Positions 51,354 to 60,714 of a stretch of DNA of 64,000 bases are shown piece after piece; the stretch's first letter is position 1, and each line of letters starts with the position of its first letter. The stretch covers positions 128,001 through 192,000 of the forward strand of contig JAVVGF010000003.1 in the NCBI GenBank assembly GCA_032249235.1, given 5' to 3'. Made by a program: the position numbers and the translations under genes. The notes below the pieces were generated by a model. It saw nothing but the letters and a program-made list of their open reading frames with translations, made no database searches and was not told where the DNA came from. The stretch comes from Thermoproteota archaeon (GTDB lineage Archaea; Thermoproteota; Thermoprotei; Gearchaeales; Gearchaeaceae).

Positions 51354-52190
51354 TTATAACCTTTCTTTATAAATTGAGGCAACATCGATAATTTTTGAAA
51401 ATTTTATTTCATGTTTCCCTTCAAATGATTTTATATGCTTAATCAATTTATCTAAAAGTTCCATTGTATGGCCTCTTCCTATAACTTCTGGATGAAAAGT
51501 ATACGTTATAACTCCTTCTTTTTGATGCTTAATCATATAATCAAAATTCAAGCTCCAATTATCGAAAACATCGTTAACTGAATATAAACCTTGAAGTATA
51601 AAATTTGGATATCTGACAAATTCAAAATGAGGGTAATCATCAAGACTCCAATGTACAGGAATTTCTATTAACTTAGATAAAGGTCCTTTTTTAACCGAAC
51701 CATTCTCTTCGACTTTTAAATACAAAGGAGGCCTATAAGGCTCGAAATCTTTAGCCATAAGGCTCGAATCATAGATGAAGTCAAACTCTTCAAGTATAGA
51801 TAATGTATGTTCAGTTAAAGCCCAAGAAGGAGATCTATATCCATGAGGTTTTAAATTTAAAAACTTCTTCATAACTTCGATTCCTTTTACGATGATTTCT
51901 TTTTCTTTTTCCTTGTCATTCAAAGATTCAGGTGGTTCATGTAAGTATCCATGATGAGCAATTTCATGCTTTTCATCCTTAATCATACCAACTTCTTCTT
52001 GGAAGTGCTCAATTGTATGTCCAGGAATGAAAAATGTGGCTTCTATATTATATTGTTTAAGCAACTTCAATATTCTTCTAACTCCTACAGCTGCGAATTC
52101 TCCTCTTGATAAGTTTGTATAATTTGTCATTTTTCTATAAATCCACGGAGAATAAGCATCGAAATCAAAAGTCAAGCAAACATAGTACAT
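51354..52190 (-). CDS. Polysaccharide deacetylase/PuuE-like CE4 family protein
   Basis: LTFDFD, SRGEF, HEIAHHGYLHE, GYRSPSW, YDSS, FHPEVIGR. Confidence 0.88.
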   Translation of the reverse strand: MYYVCLTFDFDAYSPWIYRKMTNYTNLSRGEFAAVGVRRILKLLKQYNIEATFFIPGHTIEHFQEEVGMIKDEKHEIAHHGYLHEPPESLNDKEKEKEIIVKGIEVMKKFLNLKPHGYRSPSWALTEHTLSILEEFDFIYDSSLMAKDFEPYRPPLYLKVEENGSVKKGPLSKLIEIPVHWSLDDYPHFEFVRYPNFILQGLYSVNDVFDNWSLNFDYMIKHQKEGVITYTFHPEVIGRGHTMELLDKLIKHIKSFEGKHEIKFSKIIDVASIYKERL

Positions 52191-52220
52191 AATTAAAATT
52201 TCTAAATTTAACTTATATTT

Positions 52221-52964
52221 TCAAACTTTGCTAATAATCCCAGCTTTATTATTTAGAACACCAATAACGACAGGAACTATTTCAACGCTATTAATTTTAG
52301 AAGCTAATACTATATCATCAAAATAACCACTATTTATGACTTCTTTTCCTGTTCTACTCTTTGAGAAAGCTGAAACAACATCAATTTTAACTGAATTATA
52401 AAGATGCAAAGCAATTAGTTCTTCATCTTCCAATTGAAGTTCTGAAGCATGTTGAATTAACTCATGAATGATCAAGCCTGCACAAAAATAATCTTCCAAA
52501 GCTAACTTTTCTAATTTATATCCTGCACAAACCATGTTTATCTTCTTGAAATTATTTATGAAAAGAAAGTTCGCAATGCTTTTAGCGTTCAAAGTTGATG
52601 CAATTAGCATGTTCTTAAAATTCTTTTGAGAGAACCTTTTTACAATAATTGAGCCTGCATTGCTTCTTATTGCAATTGAATCAATACCTTTTTCAAGGAA
52701 GGATCTATAATGCTTAATAATTTCATTAGGAGAATTATCGAAATCTGCTTCTTTTGGCTTAGAATAGCCTACTTTAGCAAACAAGGGTATGCCATTATTT
52801 CTTGAAAAATTAAGAGCTTCATTGAAATCTTCGAAAGCATAAACATATTTAAATCCTAGATTTAATGCGGTAACTACTAATGTTGAAAATCTTAATACAT
52901 CAATTAAAATTAAAGCATCATATTCCTGATCTTGTTCCCGAAACCATGTTATTGAGATTTTCAT
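52221..52964 (-). CDS. comB: 2-phosphosulfolactate phosphatase (ComB)-like protein, divergent
   Basis: IDVLRFST, DFDNSP, VCAG...ALEDYFCAG. Confidence 0.7.
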   Translation of the reverse strand: MKISITWFREQDQEYDALILIDVLRFSTLVVTALNLGFKYVYAFEDFNEALNFSRNNGIPLFAKVGYSKPKEADFDNSPNEIIKHYRSFLEKGIDSIAIRSNAGSIIVKRFSQKNFKNMLIASTLNAKSIANFLFINNFKKINMVCAGYKLEKLALEDYFCAGLIIHELIQHASELQLEDEELIALHLYNSVKIDVVSAFSKSRTGKEVINSGYFDDIVLASKINSVEIVPVVIGVLNNKAGIISKV

Positions 52965-54004
52965 ATCTTATCAATCCACTTATTCATGTGTTCTTTAATG
53001 ACTCTTGCGCAATTTTTCCAAGCTATCTTTTCTAAATCTTCATCTGAGAATCCTTTCTTTTTCAAATAGTCTAACACCATAGGAATTTTCGAAGCATTCT
53101 CAAGACCTATAGGAGTATTTGCAATACCAAAAAAATCACTACCTATGGCTAATATATCAGAACCGAAACTCTCTTTAACAGCTATGATATGTTTCGAAAG
53201 TTCTTCTATGCCTGGATTTTCTCCAATCGTGGATCTTATGAACGTAAATCCTACAATACCTTTCGTTTTTCTTATAGCTTCAAGCATATCATCATCAAGA
53301 TTTCTCTTGTGATTAGCAATAGCGAAGTAATTTGAATGGCTTGCTATAACTGGCAATTTGCTAATATTTGCAACATCTAAAACTGTATTTTTCCCTGCAT
53401 GCGAAATATCTAAAATCATGCCTAGCTCATTAGCAAGCTCTACAACTTTTTCTCCTGCTGAAGTTAGACCAAAGTCTTTCTTAGAAGTACATGATGAAGC
53501 GAATTTATTGTCATAGTTCCATGTTAATGCGATGGATCTTATTCCTAAAACGAAAAGAATTTCTATATCATCAGGCTTTTTCAAAGAATCTAAACCTTCT
53601 AAGCTCATAAGAATCCCAATTTTTGAGCTTTTCTCTAAAAGATCAAAATCTTGTCGCTCTCTTACAAGCAATAAGCTATCATGATATCTTCTTATGAGCT
53701 TTCTATAAATTAATGCTTGATCTATAACTTCTTCAAAATTTCCTATGTATGAAATTGTTGATTCTTTTAAAGAAGGATACAGTCTCTTAATTCTTTCAAG
53801 TTCGAATTCACTTATCGTATTTATAGCTGGGAATATCGCACCGAATATAAGCTTTACATTTCCTTTTTTATACTTAGGAATATCGCCATGTCTTCCTTTA
53901 ATATCTTCATCAAAATCCATGAATAAGTTTTTATTCAATTCAGGTTGATAGCTTCCTGTTTTTATCGCGTAAGCTATATCTTGATGAAGGTCAGCTATCT
54001 TCAT
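52961..54004 (-). CDS. Membrane/renal dipeptidase family (M19)
   Basis: DLHQD, LEG, LTWN, DISH, ASHSN, RNLDD, IGSDF. Confidence 0.9.
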   Translation of the reverse strand: MKIADLHQDIAYAIKTGSYQPELNKNLFMDFDEDIKGRHGDIPKYKKGNVKLIFGAIFPAINTISEFELERIKRLYPSLKESTISYIGNFEEVIDQALIYRKLIRRYHDSLLLVRERQDFDLLEKSSKIGILMSLEGLDSLKKPDDIEILFVLGIRSIALTWNYDNKFASSCTSKKDFGLTSAGEKVVELANELGMILDISHAGKNTVLDVANISKLPVIASHSNYFAIANHKRNLDDDMLEAIRKTKGIVGFTFIRSTIGENPGIEELSKHIIAVKESFGSDILAIGSDFFGIANTPIGLENASKIPMVLDYLKKKGFSDEDLEKIAWKNCARVIKEHMNKWIDKI

Positions 54005-54096
54005 TATGTTTAGTTAAATATCCTTGATGATTTATTTCTTTATAAAGTAGCTTTTCTCTCGATAGAAATTAATCTATCTTTAATTCGATATAATAA

Positions 54097-54783
54097 TCAT
54101 ACGTTCGTATATAATTCTATTTTAAGTTGTTTTGCAAGTTCTTGTGCATCATCCTCAGCATAAGGTGTTACGAGAAGCAATCTCGAAGGTTTTTTTCCTA
54201 CTTTCTTTTCATAAAAGATCGCTTTTCTATTGAAAAGTGTTACATCTGATTTCCTAACATGAGAAGTTACTTCAATGAGAATTAACTCCTGATCACGTAA
54301 AGCAATATCTACTTCGACTACACTTGGATAACCATAAACCAAGCCCTCATCATCATAGCTAGTCCATCTTTCAACTTTGATGTTAAAAGATTTTTCAAGT
54401 AAACCTTTTAGACTATTTCTAAAAGCGCTCTCAGCCATTATACCCCATCTTGCTCCCAGAGCATAAATATGTCTTTCAAGACGCAAAAAGTCTTCTCTTA
54501 AATTCTTAATTTCCTCCCATAATTTATTATGACTTTCCCATAGCTTATTTTGGTTCTCCCATAGCTTATTATTACTTTCCCACAGCTTGTTCTGGTTTTC
54601 CCATAATTTATTATGACTTTCCCATAGCTTATTATGATCCTCCCTCAATTTTCGCTGTTCTTCAATGAGCGCATCTAGTTTCTTAAGTATTTCAGATATT
54701 CCCAAATAGCCTGCTACAGCGTAGCGAAATTCAATATCTTTATCTAGCAATTTTAAAAATTCACTTTTTAGATCAATACCCAT
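54097..54783 (-). CDS. DUF3782-like heptad-repeat protein with PD-(D/E)XK-like C-terminal domain
   Basis: DIEFRYAVAGYLG, NKLWE repeats, ALGARWG, EVDI...IEVTS; ATG at 54783 preferred as start. Confidence 0.85.
   Translation of the reverse strand: MGIDLKSEFLKLLDKDIEFRYAVAGYLGISEILKKLDALIEEQRKLREDHNKLWESHNKLWENQNKLWESNNKLWENQNKLWESHNKLWEEIKNLREDFLRLERHIYALGARWGIMAESAFRNSLKGLLEKSFNIKVERWTSYDDEGLVYGYPSVVEVDIALRDQELILIEVTSHVRKSDVTLFNRKAIFYEKKVGKKPSRLLLVTPYAEDDAQELAKQLKIELYTNV
54512..54640 (-). repeat. 21-bp tandem repeats encoding NKLWE(S/N)(H/Q/N) heptads
   Basis: tccca(t/c)a(g/a)(c/t)tt(a/g)tt recurs every 21 bp, about 6 units. Confidence 0.85.
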
Positions 54784-54988
54784 TATATAATCAATTATAC
54801 GTTTAACAATTAAATAAATTAAAGATTTACAAAATAGAGTAGCAATGGATGGGTTGCATCTCAATTTTCTTCTAAGAAGTAATTAAAGGTTGCTTGGATT
54901 GACATTCAAAAATTACAACGTTTGAATGAAGAATCCTAATTGAATTTGGATACAATAATCATATATTTCACTTAAAATAATAATAATC

Positions 54989-55333
54989 ATGATTAAGAAA
55001 ATAGCATCAATTGCTGTGGTTGTTTCAAACGGCAAAAAAGCTGCAGAATGGTATAAAGAAAAGTTGGGGTTCGAAATCGTTGAAGATTTTGGGCATTGGA
55101 TAACTGTAGCTCCTAAAGGTTCTGAAACTGTTCTGCATTTATGTGGAGGCCCGCCCTTGGAACCTGGAAATACTGGCATATTACTAATATGTGATGATGT
55201 TTTGAAAACTGTTAAAGAATTGAAAGAAAAAGGTGTTAAAATAACTAAGGAACCAAAAGATGAAGGATGGGGAATTTATGCAATGTTTTCAGATCCTGAT
55301 GGTAACATATTTTGGTTAATGCAAAGTGAATAA
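54989..55333 (+). CDS. VOC/glyoxalase family protein
   Basis: WYKEKLGF, WITVAP, GWG...FSDPDGN. Confidence 0.9.
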   Translation: MIKKIASIAVVVSNGKKAAEWYKEKLGFEIVEDFGHWITVAPKGSETVLHLCGGPPLEPGNTGILLICDDVLKTVKELKEKGVKITKEPKDEGWGIYAMFSDPDGNIFWLMQSE

Positions 55334-55999
55334 AAAAGAAATCTATTTTTTATTTTAATTCCTTTAATCATACTATTTTTCTTAGTTAGCTTAGAAATAA
55401 GTTATGCTAAAGGATTAGATATAAATTACAAAACTTATCAATTTCTAAGTTCTTATGAATATAATATAAATAAGAAGATTGAAAAAACTGGATTAGCCAT
55501 TGCTTCCTTTAATAAATCTCAAGCTATACCTCCTGTAACTTATGATGAACAAATTGGCATTACTTTCTCAAGAGGTTCTACATTTCTAAAATGGAACATT
55601 ACAGCAGTTTCCCAAAATGAAAGCTATGGTTATGGACCTGCATAAGCGAATTAGGAATATTCTATGCTGAAGTAAAATTATCATATACGGTCAAGGCTAT
55701 GTTATATTTTCAAATGAAAATACAAGTGGAAAATTGGATAATGGGCAACATGTCATTTACGTAGCACCTAATGAAACTTTGCATCTAAAGGCAGAAGAAA
55801 GCTATTTATTTTTTAACTTTCAAGGTTGGAAAATAGGTATCAGCAAATGCTTACTGACAAATCAATCAATTTGAATATAGAAGGGCCTTTAACGATTTAA
55901 GCAGTATTTGGATTTAGCATGATTTTTTATTTAATTATACTTATCTCTGCAATAGGAATTATGGTTATTTTAATTTATTATAAATTTTTAAGAAAATAG
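55326..55999 (+). pseudogene. Decayed secreted/surface protein gene
   Basis: Signal-like hydrophobic N-terminus out of frame with GTG 55326; PPVTYDEQIGITF...WNITAV...YGPA* ends at 55645; later fragments with stops and a C-terminal TM plus basic tail. Confidence 0.55.
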
Positions 56000-56009
56000 A
56001 GAACCAATC

Positions 56010-56947
56010 ATGGTAGAATTGTTTAGATGGCAAGAACAGAAGTGTGAATTGAATTTATCAATTAGCGGAATAGAACCCTTCATTGAAATAGAAAAACTAG
56101 AAAAAGAAGAAGCTGAACCAAAGCAAATACTATCAGAGAGGTATGGCACTAAAGAGAACAATATCGCTATTGTTCATGGAGCGCAAGAGGGATTATTTTT
56201 TGCCTTACTTGCATTGAAGCCTAGAGAGGTTTATATCGCATTGCCTGCTTACCAACCAATGTTTGAACAATCAAAGGAGCTCGGAATAAAAACGCATTTC
56301 ACCAATAATCCTTATGATTTAAAGAATAAAGTAATAATATTATCGAATCCAAATAATCCTACAGGCGAAATCTATAATGTTCAAGAACTTGTAGAGAACA
56401 AAAATTTCCTAATATTAGATGAGATCTTTAAGTATTTTATAAATGAAAAAGATAAACTTATTGAGAACACAATTATTATTTCAAGCACAAGTAAGTTTTT
56501 TAACTTTAAAAATAGGAAAGTTGGATGGATAATATGTGAAGAAAGAATTATTGAGAAAATAAAGTATTATAAAGATTTAATTTCTCCAGAACCAATCTTT
56601 GATGAAGAATTGATTAATTATGCATATAAAAACTTTAATTTTTTCAAAGAAAGAAATATAATATAGTTAATAAAAATCTTGAAATTATTAATAAATATAA
56701 TTTGAGTGAATTTAAGATAAAATATAATAAGTTTATGCCTGTAATGATGTTAGAAAGAGAAAATTTTGACTCAATGGATTATTGCTTGAAGTTGCTTAAA
56801 GAGAAAGGCGTACTCTTGACACCCATGAGTTATTTTCTAAAAAGAAATGCTATAAGAATGTATTTAGGTTATGAAGATAGTAGAAAAATAGAGGAAGCTA
56901 TTAGAAGGATGGTTGAGTTCAATAATTTATATTTCAAAACAAAATAA
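56010..56947 (+). pseudogene. Class I/II PLP-dependent aminotransferase split by a frameshift near 56660
   Basis: HGAQEG, NPNNPTG, DEIF, SSTSK in the first ORF; GVLLTP...IRM in the second; adding one A (AAT ATA AAT ATA GTT) fuses them. Confidence 0.75.
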
Positions 56948-56952
56948 AAAAC

Positions 56953-58353
56953 ATGCCTAGTTCTTTCATTACGCTTCTTAAATTGCTAATTAAAACTCGT
57001 TATACATTACCTGTGCTGCTATTCTTCTTTGCTATTCTTTTTCTTAATTTATTCTCAAGTTTTCAAAGACATAATACAGAGTTGCCTTTTATACTTAAAC
57101 TATATTTGTTCACAATCCTCACATTCATAGCAGTGATTTCTTTTTTATTTGGCGAGTTATTGCTATTGAAATCTGATGCAGATTATTTATTGACACTTCC
57201 TGTACCTAAAAAGAACTTAGTGTTATCGCTATATACAATCCAGTTCATAGCGTATGCATTCCCAGTAATTTATACAGTAGGAGCTTTTCTGAGCTTAAAT
57301 GAAATTCACGTAATTGTAGCGATGGTACTTTTAGTATTTCTAATAGTCTCTCTTAGCACAATATCATTTAGTTTATCAAACAAACAAAAGATACCAATTG
57401 CGTTATTCATTACAATTTGGATGATGACCGCAATGATCAATTTCCAATACTCGCCACTTTATGTTTTCATAAATGATTCTATACCATCATTAATAATACT
57501 GGCATGCTTAACTTTGATAACAACATTCTTAGCAATAAGAACTCTCTACAACACCGAACTAGAATTGGCTAAAAGAAGTTCAAGTATAACATCTTCAGAA
57601 GTTAAAAAATTAACGAGCTTCAAAAATCAGCTAGGAAAGAAAGCGATAAGAAAACTTTACTTGACAAACTTCAACTTTAGTGCCAGAATGAATTTAATGG
57701 GGATTTCAAAATATACTACTGCTAGAGTGAATTTGAATCTCCTAACTATTGGTGTAGCTGTTTTTAGTGTAGCTTATGCTATATTATTACTAAGATATGT
57801 CAGTTTTGGTGGTGAAATAACTAAAGTCATAGTACCAATCTTCTTACATACCTATAGCATTGCATTTGCTTTTTTCATTTCCTCAGGATTACTTGCAAAT
57901 GAAAGAGTATGGTTAGCCTTCACCTCTTTGGATCCTGCTGAATATTTAAGAGAAGTTTTCATTTCGAGATATTTGGCATTGTTGATTATGTTTTCTCCTT
58001 TGATATTAGTGAGCATATTCCTTTACTTCAATGGAATTAGCTTTGCAATCAACTCTGTATTTTGGTTTTTATTCTTCGTTCCTTCATTTAGTATCATAAC
58101 AAGCTTTGTAATAAGTTACTTAAAACCTGTTCAAATAAGAGAAGAAATATTTACTACTTATCAATTTAGTTTGCAAGACCTTGTAGTAATAATATTCATA
58201 ATTTTAGGAACGATTTTAGCAAGCATATCTTTTATTACTATTGCGACAATGATAAGTAGTATTATATTTCTATTAGTATTTATATATTTAATTCTAAATA
58301 AAGAGATATTACGCGAACTAGCATCTAAAATGACTGAAAGTGGTTTTGTTTAA
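56953..58353 (+). CDS. Polytopic membrane protein, putative ABC-2-type permease
   Basis: About 12 TM segments in two halves; KSDADYLLTLP and ERVWLAF loops. Confidence 0.6.
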   Translation: MPSSFITLLKLLIKTRYTLPVLLFFFAILFLNLFSSFQRHNTELPFILKLYLFTILTFIAVISFLFGELLLLKSDADYLLTLPVPKKNLVLSLYTIQFIAYAFPVIYTVGAFLSLNEIHVIVAMVLLVFLIVSLSTISFSLSNKQKIPIALFITIWMMTAMINFQYSPLYVFINDSIPSLIILACLTLITTFLAIRTLYNTELELAKRSSSITSSEVKKLTSFKNQLGKKAIRKLYLTNFNFSARMNLMGISKYTTARVNLNLLTIGVAVFSVAYAILLLRYVSFGGEITKVIVPIFLHTYSIAFAFFISSGLLANERVWLAFTSLDPAEYLREVFISRYLALLIMFSPLILVSIFLYFNGISFAINSVFWFLFFVPSFSIITSFVISYLKPVQIREEIFTTYQFSLQDLVVIIFIILGTILASISFITIATMISSIIFLLVFIYLILNKEILRELASKMTESGFV

Positions 58354-58366
58354 AAAGTTTAAAAAT

Positions 58367-59281
58367 TCAATTTTTTATTGATTTAAGTTTACTAATTAAG
58401 ATTGGTAATAGCTTATACAAATCTGCTATAACAAAATAATCTGAATAATTTGCAATGGGTACGTTCTTATCTATATTTATTGCTATGATAGTTTTTGAAT
58501 CCTTTATTCCCGCTATATGTTGAGGTGCACCTGAAATGCCGATTGCTATATAAAGCTTGGGTTTAATACTTTTTGAAGAAACACCAACCCATGAGTCTTC
58601 TGACATCCATTTGAAATCTGCTGCGATTGGTCTTGTTGAAGCTACAGCCCCCTTGAAAATTTCAGCAAGCTCATATGCTAGTTTCAAATCTTCCTTTGAT
58701 TTAAATCCTCTGCCGACGCCAATAACGATTTCAGCATTCTCTAAATTGTTTTCGTCTTTTTGTTTTTCTTTGATCTCTTTTACTTTAATAATTGATTGAG
58801 CGGCAAACTCGTAATTTAATAAAATTGGTGATTTATCTGCTATCTCCCATTCAACTCTTTTGTTTTCTAACGTCATAGAAAAAGATCTTGTTTTATTTAT
58901 ACGAACAGAACATGTAGCAGAGCCCCCAAGAACTTCTCTTTCAATTATAAAGTTATCTTTGTCTAGAGCTATATTTGTTACTTTCGTGAACATTAAAAGA
59001 CGTTTTAAAGCCGAGAACTGTGCAAGTATATCTACATGATTCCTGTTATGCAAAGTAGTAACTACATTTGCTTGTTCTTTTTCAAATATCTCCTTTAATA
59101 ACAATGCATGAGAATCATTATTTAAATTATTATTTAAAACATAAATTTTATCAAAACCCTTAAATTTAGATTCTTTTGTTGTTATACCTATTATTTCAGA
59201 AGAATTCTCTACAAGAACTTTAGAATTTTTTAGTGTTTGTTCTAGATTATTTGGATTTAAAGAGAAAATTATTGTTTTCAT
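58367..59281 (-). CDS. etfA: Electron transfer flavoprotein alpha subunit
   Basis: IGVGRG, STRP, KPKLYIAIGISGAPQHIAG, IAINID. Confidence 0.92.
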   Translation of the reverse strand: MKTIIFSLNPNNLEQTLKNSKVLVENSSEIIGITTKESKFKGFDKIYVLNNNLNNDSHALLLKEIFEKEQANVVTTLHNRNHVDILAQFSALKRLLMFTKVTNIALDKDNFIIEREVLGGSATCSVRINKTRSFSMTLENKRVEWEIADKSPILLNYEFAAQSIIKVKEIKEKQKDENNLENAEIVIGVGRGFKSKEDLKLAYELAEIFKGAVASTRPIAADFKWMSEDSWVGVSSKSIKPKLYIAIGISGAPQHIAGIKDSKTIIAINIDKNVPIANYSDYFVIADLYKLLPILISKLKSIKN

Positions 59282-60051
59282 GGAATAAAATCTTTTAAAA
59301 TATCTACAATTCTATCTGCTATCTCATTTATATCACCTTCGATTATAATTCTTTTTCTCTCAACTTGCTTAACTAAGATTTCGAAATCGATATTTTGTTT
59401 TGAATCAATAGGATCTTCTATTCGATGTTTATATAAAGGCTTTGTTTTGGCTTGAAGTATTTGTCTTACTGTAGCTTTTCTCGGCTGATTCATCTCTCCA
59501 GTTACGCTTATGAAACAAGGCAAGTTACATTCTACAACTTCTGTTCTATCTTCTAGATCTCTTTCCACTATGACGGAATTGTTTTCTATAACGATCCTCC
59601 TAGCAAATGTAATTACAGGAATGTTTAATAAAGTAGCCAAGCGGGATGCGAATTGATAAGATGACATGTCGCTAGATGTTTCGCTTGCAAAATAAATGTC
59701 GAAATTACCTAACTTTTTTATCATAGCACATAAAGCTTCTGTTATTTCAAGAGTTGTTGAATTGATGAGCCTTTCGTCAATTAATAAATGAGCTTCATCA
59801 GCACCCATCGCTAAACATTCACGAGCTAGTTTTTCAATTTCTTGCGTTCTTTTATCGATAGGACCCCATGTTAGAGCTAAGAAAACAAACACCTTTGCAC
59901 CTATCTTCTCCTTAATCCTTATCGCTTCTTCAAGAGCAACTTTATCGAAATCGCCTATCGTTAAAGGAATCTTTTCTATAAGAACGCGATTATTTTCGAT
60001 TTTTAAGAAACTTAAGTCTAAAGAGGGTTTGACAAAAACAGCAATATTCAT
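59278..60051 (-). CDS. etfB: Electron transfer flavoprotein beta subunit
   Basis: DKVALEEAIRIKE, LAMGADEA, NQPR; overlaps etfA. Confidence 0.9.
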   Translation of the reverse strand: MNIAVFVKPSLDLSFLKIENNRVLIEKIPLTIGDFDKVALEEAIRIKEKIGAKVFVFLALTWGPIDKRTQEIEKLARECLAMGADEAHLLIDERLINSTTLEITEALCAMIKKLGNFDIYFASETSSDMSSYQFASRLATLLNIPVITFARRIVIENNSVIVERDLEDRTEVVECNLPCFISVTGEMNQPRKATVRQILQAKTKPLYKHRIEDPIDSKQNIDFEILVKQVERKRIIIEGDINEIADRIVDILKDFIP

Positions 60052-60062
60052 AAAAAATTATT

Positions 60063-60665
60063 TTACCACCAGCCTTGCTTTGTATAGGGAATCAAGAATA
60101 GAGCTGTAGTTATGACTTGTAATTTAAACCATGTATTATAAAGCCTTTCTACTAGTTCAGGATCTTCAATTTTTTTAGCAATGAAGCCTTTTAATACTAC
60201 CGTTATAGGATATATACAAGTTACCATGTATCTCATAGGTATATGCGGAACAGTTTGAACATTGTCAGCTTTTCCTTTTTGCTCATAAGTATGTCTTAAG
60301 CCGATTAGATAATGGTAATTTATGAAATTTTCATCTAAGGGTCTAAAACATATATCCAATAGCCATTGTGCTAATCTATCAACAGTATTATTGACATATT
60401 CTGTTATCGTAGTTTCACCCTTCTTATCTTTGAAGTAATATAATAGATAATCTCTTGATCCAAAGTAATTCACTATTGCATTCAGTATATCTTTCATGTT
60501 TTCCTTGATTATTTCTCCTATTATTTTCCTGTTTTCCTCATCTTCCTTACTCCATAATGCAGAATCCAGGAGAAGTGAAAATTCTTCTTTAGTCATTGGA
60601 GCTTTTGGCACTTCAGGTTTTCCATAAATGTAGCCTTCGATCTTCTCTTTATATAGTTCTGCCAT
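60063..60665 (-). CDS. Protoglobin (single-domain archaeal globin)
   Basis: IEGYIYG, LLYYF, WLLD, IGLRH (proximal His), HIPMRY, IYPIT, WFK; collinear with Methanosarcina protoglobin as recalled. Confidence 0.9.
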   Translation of the reverse strand: MAELYKEKIEGYIYGKPEVPKAPMTKEEFSLLLDSALWSKEDEENRKIIGEIIKENMKDILNAIVNYFGSRDYLLYYFKDKKGETTITEYVNNTVDRLAQWLLDICFRPLDENFINYHYLIGLRHTYEQKGKADNVQTVPHIPMRYMVTCIYPITVVLKGFIAKKIEDPELVERLYNTWFKLQVITTALFLIPYTKQGWW

Positions 60666-60714
60666 ATAATAAAATATAAAGAAGTAATATATAAATCTAA
60701 AAAAATTTACTTTA

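Noticed and set aside
54512-54640. Periodic repeats as a possible CRISPR array (also 335-540)
   Set aside because: Units are contiguous, multiples of 3, in-frame coding and lack unique spacers; no cas genes are present.
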